Positions 29,556 to 37,815 of a stretch of 60,794 nt of DNA are shown piece by piece. Source of the stretch: Deltaproteobacteria bacterium (GTDB taxonomy: Bacteria; Myxococcota_A; Polyangia; Polyangiales; Houyiibacteriaceae); contig JAXMNT010000045.1 of NCBI GenBank assembly GCA_034670305.1, forward strand, positions 1-60,794, written 5' to 3'. Each line of letters opens with the position of its first letter. The first letter of the stretch is position 1. Made by a program: the position numbers and the translations under genes. Below the pieces are notes generated by a model. That model saw nothing but the letters and a program-made list of their open reading frames with translations. It was not told the origin of the DNA and did no database searches.

Positions 29556-30635
29556 ATGGATCCCAAACTCGTCCCGCTGAGCACCAAGCCGAACAGCTCG
29601 GTGGCCCGCGTCCTCGACGACTGGTACGTCGTCGCACGGAGCGACGAAGTGAAGCGGGCCCCGCTGGCGCGCACGTTGATGGGGATCCCGATGGTGATCT
29701 TCCGCGGCGACGACGGAGTGGGCGCCCTGGTCGACCGGTGTCCCCACCGCAACGCGCCGCTCTCGGCCGGTCGCGTGGTCGGCGCGACGGTGCAGTGCGG
29801 CTACCACGGCTGGCGCTTCGATCCCACCGGCCGGTGCCGAGAGGTCCCCGGACTCGAAGGCGAGAGCGACACCAAAGGCCGCTGTGTCGAGTCGTTCCCG
29901 GCGTGTGAGTCCGATGGGTTCGTCTGGGTGTACCCCACGATGCAAACCGAACGCCCCGAGAGGCGGCCCTTCCGGTTTCCCCACCAGAACGACGCACGCT
30001 ACGCCACCGTCCGGCAGAGCATCGATCTCGTGGGCACGCTGCACGCCGCTGCGGAGAATGCGCTCGACGTCCCCCATACCGCTTTTCTCCACCGCGGCCT
30101 CTTTCGCGGGACCGGGGAACGCAACGACATCGAAGTCCGGGTGCGGCGCTGGCACGACCGGGTCGAGGCGGAGTACCTCGGTGAGCCGCGTCCTCAAGGC
30201 GTGATCGGTCGGGTGCTCGCCCCCGGCGGCGGCGTGGTCCAACACTTCGACCGGTTCATCCTGCCCTGCATCGCACAGGTCGAATACCGGCTTGGCGAGA
30301 GCCACGTGATCGCCAGCACCGCGCTGACGCCGATCGGCGACCACGAGACCCGGATGTACGGCGTGGTGAGTTTTCGCCTCCCGGGGATCCCCGGCCGCGT
30401 CGGCTCCGCGCTCGGCAGAGCCCTCGAACCACTTGGCATGGCGATCCTCAAACAAGACGCCGCCATGCTCGAGAAGCAGACCCGCACCGTAGAGCGTTTC
30501 GGCGGCGAGAAGTTCGTCTCGACGGAACTCGATGTGCTCGGTCCTCACATTCTCCGATTGTTGCGGCAGGCCGAACGCGGACGCGCCACGCCGACCGACG
30601 AGCCGGAAGTCCGCACCTCGCGGATGCGCGTATGA
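29556..30635 (+). CDS. Rieske non-heme iron oxygenase alpha subunit
   Basis: Rieske CPH-x16-CGYH and mononuclear iron motif ENALDVPHTAFLH...QD. Confidence 0.92.
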   Translation: MDPKLVPLSTKPNSSVARVLDDWYVVARSDEVKRAPLARTLMGIPMVIFRGDDGVGALVDRCPHRNAPLSAGRVVGATVQCGYHGWRFDPTGRCREVPGLEGESDTKGRCVESFPACESDGFVWVYPTMQTERPERRPFRFPHQNDARYATVRQSIDLVGTLHAAAENALDVPHTAFLHRGLFRGTGERNDIEVRVRRWHDRVEAEYLGEPRPQGVIGRVLAPGGGVVQHFDRFILPCIAQVEYRLGESHVIASTALTPIGDHETRMYGVVSFRLPGIPGRVGSALGRALEPLGMAILKQDAAMLEKQTRTVERFGGEKFVSTELDVLGPHILRLLRQAERGRATPTDEPEVRTSRMRV

Positions 30636-31663
30636 GCGACTCGACCACCAGACCCGGCGCGCGCGTCACCAAGCCATCGGACGAGAGGGTCGCGCTGCAT
30701 CCAGAGCCCGACACGTTCAAGGTTCCGGACCGCCGCACGCGGCCAGGGACGATTTTGGCGGACCAGTACGAGTTGACCGAGCGCATCGGGACCGGCGGCA
30801 TGGCCGAGGTCTGGCGCGGGTTCACGCTCGGTGCGAATGACTTCCGTCGCCCAATCGCCGTGAAGAAGATCCTGCCGAACCTCGTGGGACAGCCCGAGTT
30901 CGCAGCGCTCTTCACTGAGGAAGCACGGGTCGTCGCGGCGCTCCAGCATCCGAACATCGTCCCCATCTACGACTTCCGCCAAGACGATCTCGGTCAGTAC
31001 TTCATTGTGATGGAGTACGTCGAGGGGCTGGACGTGGGGCGCTGGATCATCAGCCACCTGACCCAGAAGCTGCCCACGCCGGTGCCGGTACTCGTCGAGA
31101 TCGGCATCGCGATCTTGCGTGGGCTCTCCGTCGCGCACGAGCGGCTCGATGCGCTCGGCGAACCCTCTCCCGTCTTTCACCGCGACGTGACTCCGAGCAA
31201 CGTGCTGATGTCCAAACACGGTGCGATCAAACTCGGCGACTTCGGGATCTCGCGGGCCATGGACCGCATGACGATGACCACACCTGGCGTGGTCCGCGGC
31301 AAGATCGCGTACGTCGCGCCGGAGCTCCTTGCCGGCAAACGCGCGAGTGTCGCCTCGGACCTCTACGGCGTCGGGGTCTTGCTCTGGGAGGCCGCCACGC
31401 GTCGTCGGCTGCACGAGGGCCTGTCGGATTTCGAGCTCTTCGTGAAGGCGGGCAAAGGCGAGCACGACGCGCTCGGGGAGATCCGGCCGGACGTCCCAGT
31501 GGCCTTTGTTCAAGTGGTGGACCGTCTGCTCGCGCTCAACCCGGCGGAGCGCTACCCATCGGCGCACGCCGCCATCGAAGACCTAGCGGCCGCTGCGCCT
31601 CCGTTGCGACTCGATTCGATCGCCCGGAGCGTCGCGATCGCCTTGGAAGCGACCCGTCGCTGA
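30632..31663 (+). CDS. Serine/threonine protein kinase
   Basis: GTGGMAEV, AVKK, HRDVTPSN, DFG, YVAPE; ATGA overlap with the Rieske gene. Confidence 0.95.
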   Translation: MSDSTTRPGARVTKPSDERVALHPEPDTFKVPDRRTRPGTILADQYELTERIGTGGMAEVWRGFTLGANDFRRPIAVKKILPNLVGQPEFAALFTEEARVVAALQHPNIVPIYDFRQDDLGQYFIVMEYVEGLDVGRWIISHLTQKLPTPVPVLVEIGIAILRGLSVAHERLDALGEPSPVFHRDVTPSNVLMSKHGAIKLGDFGISRAMDRMTMTTPGVVRGKIAYVAPELLAGKRASVASDLYGVGVLLWEAATRRRLHEGLSDFELFVKAGKGEHDALGEIRPDVPVAFVQVVDRLLALNPAERYPSAHAAIEDLAAAAPPLRLDSIARSVAIALEATRR

Positions 31664-31690
31664 CCTCCGCGACGGCGCACCGACGAGGCG

Positions 31691-32692
31691 CTACGGCGTG
31701 GCTTGGTGGGCGACCTGCGCAGCGAGGGTTTCCATGCCCTCTGCCCCGAGGTCGTCGGGCGTGTCGCGCGGATCGGGCAGCCATGGATCGTCCACCCCGG
31801 CCGTGGTCGGCGCGTAGGGTTTGTCGTCGTAGGTGCGGCGTCGCCCGAGCAGGAACGTCTTGAACAGGTAGATGACCAGCGAGGGCTGATCGAGGTTCGG
31901 ATGGATGTGCGGCGCGACCTTCTCGGCGTGCGCGGCAGGCAAGACGCTCCAGTGAAGGCCGGGCGTCATGTGGTGGATGGTGTGGTAGCCGTTGTTGAAC
32001 GTGAACCAGTTCACCAGCTTGCCGACGAAGTTGCGCGAGTGGTTGTACGCGCTGTGCTCGTCGCACCCGTCGTGCTGCAGGATGTTCATCGTGACGATGC
32101 CCCACTGCGCGTAGAGGTGGGGGATGAGCCAAAGCACGAGGCCCTTGCGCCAGTCGACGACGAAGAGTGCGATCTGCAGGACCCAGAGCGCCACGCCTTC
32201 AACGACCAGCTGCTGGAACCAGCGGGGGTGGCGGGTGCGCATGGTCTTCGCGTAGGTCGAGTCGGCTTTCATGATGCCCGGCACGCAAGCGATCATGAAA
32301 AAGAGCAGGTTGAGCAGGTTGTACCGGAACCGGACCTTCGTGGTCCGCATCACGTCTCGGGTGCTCTGGGTGTGTTTGTGGTGGCTCAGGTTGTGGCCGG
32401 GGACGTACGAGCTGACCGGGTGCCCATAGGTCAGCGTGAGGACGACCTGCCAGAGCTTGTTCAATCCGCGCTGCTTGAAGATGGGCGAGTGCACCGCGTT
32501 GTGGGTGCTGACCGCACCCTGGAACGACGTCATGCACAGGAGCGCGTAGCCGGCTCCAAAGAGGGCCCACTGGGTGCCGGTGATCGCGCCGAGCTCACCG
32601 CCGGATGGGGTCACGACCCACAGCACGGCGAGCGTGGAGAAGTAGAGCGCTACGAAGAACAGGGTTCTCCAGTCGGCTGCGAAACGAAGCAC
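31691..32692 (-). CDS. Membrane fatty acid desaturase family protein
   Basis: His boxes HNAVH, HNLSHHKH, HTIHH; TM segments. Confidence 0.92.
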   Translation of the reverse strand: MLRFAADWRTLFFVALYFSTLAVLWVVTPSGGELGAITGTQWALFGAGYALLCMTSFQGAVSTHNAVHSPIFKQRGLNKLWQVVLTLTYGHPVSSYVPGHNLSHHKHTQSTRDVMRTTKVRFRYNLLNLLFFMIACVPGIMKADSTYAKTMRTRHPRWFQQLVVEGVALWVLQIALFVVDWRKGLVLWLIPHLYAQWGIVTMNILQHDGCDEHSAYNHSRNFVGKLVNWFTFNNGYHTIHHMTPGLHWSVLPAAHAEKVAPHIHPNLDQPSLVIYLFKTFLLGRRRTYDDKPYAPTTAGVDDPWLPDPRDTPDDLGAEGMETLAAQVAHQATP

Positions 32693-32778
32693 GAACTACT
32701 GGTACCCCGGGATCTGGCGCACGGCAACTCGGGCGAGCGGGCGATCTGTGCCCAGACCACGCCAAGCCTCGCGACGAA

Positions 32779-35097
32779 TCAGACCTCCAGCCAGTGGTCG
32801 CCGAGCACGTACGGGTTCTGAAGGCGTTTGCGGGACTGGCGGTCCGTGCTGATCGTGAGCCCGAGCTTCGCGAGCTTCTTGCCGTCCACCCGTTCCCCCC
32901 ACGGGCCGAGGTGAAGCTGCTTCAACGACGGCTGCTTGGCGAGCGCTTCGAAGTCGGTCCCGATGCCGCTTTGAAGCCACTCGAGGTGCGGGAGCACCGG
33001 AAGCGCGGCGAAGTCGAGGTGCGCGGGCATCGCAAGCCGCCGCAGCTTCATCAGTTCCGTGAGGGGGTTCAGGTCGCCCGCAAAGCTGATCAGCTCGAGG
33101 GACTCGAGGTGCGGCTGCGTGAGCGCGAACGACACGACGTCCTGACTCTGACTGTCCCAGCGCAGCTCGCGGAGACCTTGGATGTGTCCCAGGGCTGCGG
33201 GCGGAATCGTCGCATTCGGGAGGTGAAGGACCTCGAGGTTCGACCAACTCGAGTGCACCCAGTTGCCGTCCTCGTGAGGGAAGATGCGCAACTCGCGCAA
33301 GGACGGGGGCAATGCCAGCGCGCCGCTGCCGTCGCCCCCAGCCTTGCCAGGAAGGTCGAGCCGCACGCTGTGCAGCAAGAGCGTCTTCAGCCGCTCGAGG
33401 TGCGGCAACACGTCCAGCCCATGCACCGGGAACGCCTGGTCCACCGCAAGCAACTCCAGCTCCGTGAAGTGTTCGAGCCCCGTTAGATCGACGGGGAGAA
33501 CCGTACTGGAAGTCGAGACGCCCCGAAGGAGCAACCGGCGGAACTTCCGACGAAGAGTGGCACCGTGGCTCCCCGGCCGCGCAAACGCGACCAGCTTGCG
33601 CAACGCATGTTGCCGGTAAGGTGCGACCACCGCCGCGCGGTACTCGAACACGGCGTTGGGCACGAACACGTCCACCGGACCCGCCCAGGGAAAGCGCGCT
33701 GACAAATGCCCCCGCCCCTCGGCATGCCCGGTCCCTTCGAGCAGTCCGTCGAACACGTTGGTCGAGTCGAGTGCCAACGCCAGTTCGATGCCGCGGTCGA
33801 TCCGATCGAAGTCGCGGGACAAGAGCATCTTGCGGATCTCCGCGATGCGCTTTCGGGGTTTGCCGGTTCGAGGGGCTGGTTTCGCGGCGGTGCTCTTCCG
33901 TCGCTTTCGAACCGCGACGAGTCGCTCCGGAACGACGGCGTGATGAAACGACTTGGGGATCTTGCTCTTGGTGAGCGTCGTGCCCCGGAGCTTGAGCGTG
34001 CGCAGCGCCGGCAGCGGCTCGAGGCCGCGCAGATCTCGGATGTGCGTCGAGTGCTGCAGATCGAGCACCTCGAGGGTCGGGTGGCCCGCGACGTCGCGGA
34101 TGTCGTGGAGGCTGTGGCACGCCGAGAGGTCGAGGTGCTGCAGTTTCGGACACGCGGCGGCGAGCCCGTCGATGGTTCCGATCTTCGCGCTGCGCGCGTG
34201 TACATGCGTAAGCTCTGGGAACGCGCCAGGACGAAAGCCCCCCGTCCACCCCGTGAGGGAAAGGTGCAACAGCGCTGGCAACGACCACTGCTGCGTCGCG
34301 GCGTGGTCCGTGGCGAGTTTCAGTTCACGCAGCGTCGCATGGCCATCGAAGCCCAGCAGCTCCTTGGTCGCTGCGGTGATGGAGAGGGTGTGCAGCATGG
34401 GCATGGCACGGATGTCGAGTGTCTCGGCCTGCAGCCCCGCCACCCAGATCTTCTGTGCGGACGGAAACGCCCAAGGTCCCGGAGGAAGCTTCAAGACGTT
34501 GCCGAACACCTCCGCGAGCCGAGGCAGCGCCGTGGCCAATTCCTGCGCCCGCATGCGGCTGAGGTCGACCACGCTCGATCGAAGCTCCAGCGACTCGAGC
34601 GCGGGGGTGTGGAGCGTGAGGTCGGCGAAGGCAGAGTCCACGTCCAGCCTCGTCAAGGTCTGCGAGCGCAAGCGGCCGGCGGACTTCGCGTACGAGACAT
34701 GGAGCGTCGTCAGTGCCGGGAAGTGTTCCACCGCGGACAGGTCGAACCCGTAGCGGTCTCCATACGAAGACACGTTGGCGCGAGCGATGCCCTGAAGACG
34801 CAGCACCTGCACGTCGGCCACTGCCCGCCGGACGATCGCGCGCTCCGGGAATGCGTCGAGGAGCAAGAGCAACGCCCGCTGGCGCGCAGAAAGCGACTTG
34901 CGGGTCTGCGGCCACCCCGGCGGTGCGAGGGCGAGCTGATGGTGTGCGTCGTTCTCGGTGACGAACACCCGGTCGAGGTGCGGGCCCATCTCACGCGCCA
35001 CTTCCCGGGCGGCTTCGAGGCTGCCGGTGAGAAGCCGTCGGTCGAGGTCGGATGCGTTCTGCAGCGCCGCCTCGAGTTCGGGGTCTTCCACTGTCAC
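32779..35097 (-). CDS. Leucine-rich repeat protein
   Basis: Many LxxLxL units (LQHLDLSAC, LEVLDLQH, LRTLKLRG) in two blocks; likely GTG start at 35097. Confidence 0.75.
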   Translation of the reverse strand: MTVEDPELEAALQNASDLDRRLLTGSLEAAREVAREMGPHLDRVFVTENDAHHQLALAPPGWPQTRKSLSARQRALLLLLDAFPERAIVRRAVADVQVLRLQGIARANVSSYGDRYGFDLSAVEHFPALTTLHVSYAKSAGRLRSQTLTRLDVDSAFADLTLHTPALESLELRSSVVDLSRMRAQELATALPRLAEVFGNVLKLPPGPWAFPSAQKIWVAGLQAETLDIRAMPMLHTLSITAATKELLGFDGHATLRELKLATDHAATQQWSLPALLHLSLTGWTGGFRPGAFPELTHVHARSAKIGTIDGLAAACPKLQHLDLSACHSLHDIRDVAGHPTLEVLDLQHSTHIRDLRGLEPLPALRTLKLRGTTLTKSKIPKSFHHAVVPERLVAVRKRRKSTAAKPAPRTGKPRKRIAEIRKMLLSRDFDRIDRGIELALALDSTNVFDGLLEGTGHAEGRGHLSARFPWAGPVDVFVPNAVFEYRAAVVAPYRQHALRKLVAFARPGSHGATLRRKFRRLLLRGVSTSSTVLPVDLTGLEHFTELELLAVDQAFPVHGLDVLPHLERLKTLLLHSVRLDLPGKAGGDGSGALALPPSLRELRIFPHEDGNWVHSSWSNLEVLHLPNATIPPAALGHIQGLRELRWDSQSQDVVSFALTQPHLESLELISFAGDLNPLTELMKLRRLAMPAHLDFAALPVLPHLEWLQSGIGTDFEALAKQPSLKQLHLGPWGERVDGKKLAKLGLTISTDRQSRKRLQNPYVLGDHWLEV

Positions 35098-35110
35098 GGC
35101 GCGCTGCTCA

Positions 35111-35443
35111 TCACGTCTCGTCCTCGCGGGGTGCCGCGTACCAGGCGCGGTGCGCGGACCAGACCTGGCAGCGCAGGCACTGGGTCTGGGACCACTGCTT
35201 GCCGCACGCGGGACAGATGCCACCGGTGTCGAAGGTGTTCCACGAGTGCATGCATTCGCACGACCACCGGTGGTGCGCGCAGGGCTGCCACCGACACTCG
35301 GGACAACGGATCCGCTTTGCGGGTGTCTCCGGGTCCTCGAGATCGGTCTCTTCGTCTCGGTGATCTTCGCGGTCGAACACGGCGCGGCCATGGTCGTCAC
35401 GTTGCCGCCGGTCCGCAAGCGCGGACCCCGGTGGCCGAAGCAT
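35111..35443 (-). CDS. Small Cys/Trp-rich zinc-binding protein
   Basis: CPECRWQP...WSCECMHSWNTFDTGGICPAC..W..TQCLRC..WS.H..WY; start uncertain (35380 possible). Confidence 0.75.
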   Translation of the reverse strand: MLRPPGSALADRRQRDDHGRAVFDREDHRDEETDLEDPETPAKRIRCPECRWQPCAHHRWSCECMHSWNTFDTGGICPACGKQWSQTQCLRCQVWSAHRAWYAAPREDET

Positions 35444-35496
35444 CCGGCCGATGCATGGAGATCACCGGCCGGGTTCAGCTACCCTGCAGTCCATGG

Positions 35497-35826
35497 AACG
35501 GATTGTTGTGGAGGGGTGGGGCAGTCGAGCGAAGCGAGCGGTCGACCCCCGCAGGAGGCATCCGACGAGGAGGTCGAGCCCAGCCCCGCAGCAACCATCC
35601 CCATGTAAACGGATTGTTGTGGAGGGGTGGGGCAGTCGAGCGAAGCGAGCGGTCGACCCCCGCAGGAGGCATCCGACGAGGAGGTCGAGCCCAGCCCCGC
35701 AGCAACCATCCCCGTGTAAACGGATTGTTGTGGAGGGGTGGGGCAGTCGAGCGAAGCGAGCGGTCGACCCCCGCAGGAGGCATCCGACGAGGAGGTCGAG
35801 CCCAGCCCCGCAGCAACCATCCCCAT
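35497..35826. repeat. Three tandem near-identical 111-bp fold-back units
   Basis: Units start at 35497, 35608 and 35719; ends GGATTGTTG...CAACCATCC are imperfectly complementary; core GTCGAGCGAAGCGAGC. Confidence 0.95.
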
Positions 35827-36800
35827 TGAAGAGTCTCGTCTGCGCCGCCTTGCTCCTCGCATGCGCATGCGCCGGCAACTCGGTCGATCCAACCCGCGGC
35901 CGCGACGCCCGGCTGCCCGACGGGGCCCCCGCCGACGTCGGCGTGGACGGCGGCTCCGCGCCGGACGCGCCCGGCGTCGATGCACCCGGCACCGACGCAC
36001 CGGGCACCGACGCGGTCGTGCGCGTCGACACCGGAACCACCTGTCCGGCCGGCGAGGCCGCGTGTCCGGGTGGGTGCGCCAGCCTCAGCTCCGACCCGGA
36101 CAACTGCGGCGCGTGCGGCCGAACCTGTGTGGTCTCCCATGCCGCCGCGACGTGTTTCGCCGGCGAGTGCGGCACCGGCGCGTGCGAATCGGGCTGGCTC
36201 GACTGCGACGCGGACCCCGCCAACGGATGCGAACGGCCCGACGGATGCCTCGCCGGCGTCGGCTGCGACACGAGCTGCGGCACGACCGGCACGTTCGTCT
36301 GCACCGATCGATGCGCCCCGACCTGCGCGCCGCCCGCCGAGAGCTGCAACCACGCAGACGACGACTGCGATGGCGTCTGCGACAACGGCGGCATCGCAGG
36401 ATGCCGAGTCGGCGTGCACCGCGCCGCTGGCAACGGCGGCCACTTCTACACCACCAACCTGGGCGAAGCCGGAAGCGGCGGGCACACGGTGGAGGCGGCG
36501 AACTACTACTACCTGTACGCCGGCGCACAGCCGGGCACCCGGTTGTTCTATCGGTGCCGCAAGAGCAGCGGCCTGCGCTTCTACACGACGAGTTCCGACT
36601 GCGAGGGCCAAGTGGTCGAAGGCACCCTCGGATACATCGGCATGGACGCGGCGTGCGGGGCGACCGCGTTGTATCGGCTCTACTCTGGCGCGAGCGGCGA
36701 CCACTTCTACACGACGAGCGCCGCCGAACGCGACAGCGCGGTGGCGTCGTCGGGCTACCGGTACGAGTCCGTGGCGGGCTACGTCTGGACCGCTCCGTGA
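35826..36800 (+). CDS. Cys-rich lipoprotein with C-terminal HFYT-repeat (DUF5648-like) domain
   Basis: TTG start, LLLACAC lipobox; DPDNCGACG; ESCNHADDDCDG; GHFYTT, LRFYTT, LYRLY...DHFYTT...GYRYE. Confidence 0.75.
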   Translation: MKSLVCAALLLACACAGNSVDPTRGRDARLPDGAPADVGVDGGSAPDAPGVDAPGTDAPGTDAVVRVDTGTTCPAGEAACPGGCASLSSDPDNCGACGRTCVVSHAAATCFAGECGTGACESGWLDCDADPANGCERPDGCLAGVGCDTSCGTTGTFVCTDRCAPTCAPPAESCNHADDDCDGVCDNGGIAGCRVGVHRAAGNGGHFYTTNLGEAGSGGHTVEAANYYYLYAGAQPGTRLFYRCRKSSGLRFYTTSSDCEGQVVEGTLGYIGMDAACGATALYRLYSGASGDHFYTTSAAERDSAVASSGYRYESVAGYVWTAP

Positions 36801-36804
36801 GCAC

Positions 36805-37656
36805 GTGACCGAGCCGAACGCGCGGCTGCTCGGGATCTGTGTCGTGCCCTCCGTTGGAAACGCGGTTGCAAGGGTGCGCGCGCTCGCCCGGATGGCGGTG
36901 CTGGCTTGGGGCATCGCAGTGCTGGCTTGGGGCATCGCAGTGCTGGCTGTGAGAACCGCAGTGCTGGCGGTGAGAACCGCGGTTCTGGCTGTGAGAACCG
37001 CGGTTCTGGCTGTGAGAACCGCGGTTCTGGCTGTGGGAGTCGCAGCGCTGGTTCTGGCCGCCGGCTGCGGTATCCAGGGGATCGTCCCGTCCCATCTTCC
37101 CGAACCGCGGCCGGCCGAAGCGATCGTCGTGCTCGGCAACCGGCCGCCGCTGGACGAGGCCGGTCGAATCCGGCCGGAGCTTCGGCGCCGGCTCGACCGT
37201 GGCATCGCGCTCTTCGAGCAAGGTCTCGCGCCGCGGCTCGTGATGGCGGGCGGTCCGGTGCCGGGGAAGGACTACACCGAATCGGAAACGATGCGTCGCT
37301 ACGCGCTCGCACGCGGCGTGCCCGACGCACACATCACGCTGGAGCCGCACTCGCACGACACGATCGAGAACGCCGGGTTCACGGTGCGTCTGCTCTGTCG
37401 CGGCGTAGCGGCGCCCTGCATCCCGAGCCTCATCGTCGTCAGCGCGCGCTTCCATCTCGTGCGGGCACGGCACCTCTTCGAGTGTGCCGGTGCAGAGGTC
37501 CAGGTCGCGGCGGCGGAGCTCCCCGGCGAAGCCGACTCCGACGAGCGGCAGGCCTACGAACGGCGCTTTGTCGCGAGCGAACGCATGGTGCGACTGATGT
37601 ACGGCTTCATCGATCCCTGCGCCCGCGCCCGCCACGCCCGCGCCAACGGTCCATGA
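36805..37656 (+). CDS. YdcF/DUF218 family protein with repeat-expanded lipoprotein signal
   Basis: AIVVLG, RRLDRG, GG...ESETM, EPHSHDTIENA, SARFHLVRA; start uncertain (36805, 36874 or 36892). Confidence 0.85.
   Translation: MTEPNARLLGICVVPSVGNAVARVRALARMAVLAWGIAVLAWGIAVLAVRTAVLAVRTAVLAVRTAVLAVRTAVLAVGVAALVLAAGCGIQGIVPSHLPEPRPAEAIVVLGNRPPLDEAGRIRPELRRRLDRGIALFEQGLAPRLVMAGGPVPGKDYTESETMRRYALARGVPDAHITLEPHSHDTIENAGFTVRLLCRGVAAPCIPSLIVVSARFHLVRARHLFECAGAEVQVAAAELPGEADSDERQAYERRFVASERMVRLMYGFIDPCARARHARANGP
36895..37041 (+). repeat. Seven 21-bp coding tandem repeats (AVLAWGI/AVLAVRT)
   Basis: GCRGTKCTGGC-N10 units directly after ATG 36892. Confidence 0.9.
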
Positions 37657-37815
37657 CCGGGCGGTCCGCGACCCCGCTCCGGTGAAGGCTGGCACCTGCC
37701 GCCTCCGCTCCGCCCAACGTAGTGGAAAAACCCGCGCTTTCATCCCGATCCGCCCTGTGCGGGCGCCCCAGAGTGGGGGTACCAGGCGCAAGTGCCACAA
37801 AGGGCGTCCCGTGCG

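Noticed and set aside
35451-35825. Repeat-encoded N-terminal extension of the lipoprotein
   Set aside because: It would bury the signal peptide that begins at TTG 35826
35497-35826. CRISPR array
   Set aside because: The units are 111 bp, contiguous and essentially identical, with no unique spacers and no cas genes in the window
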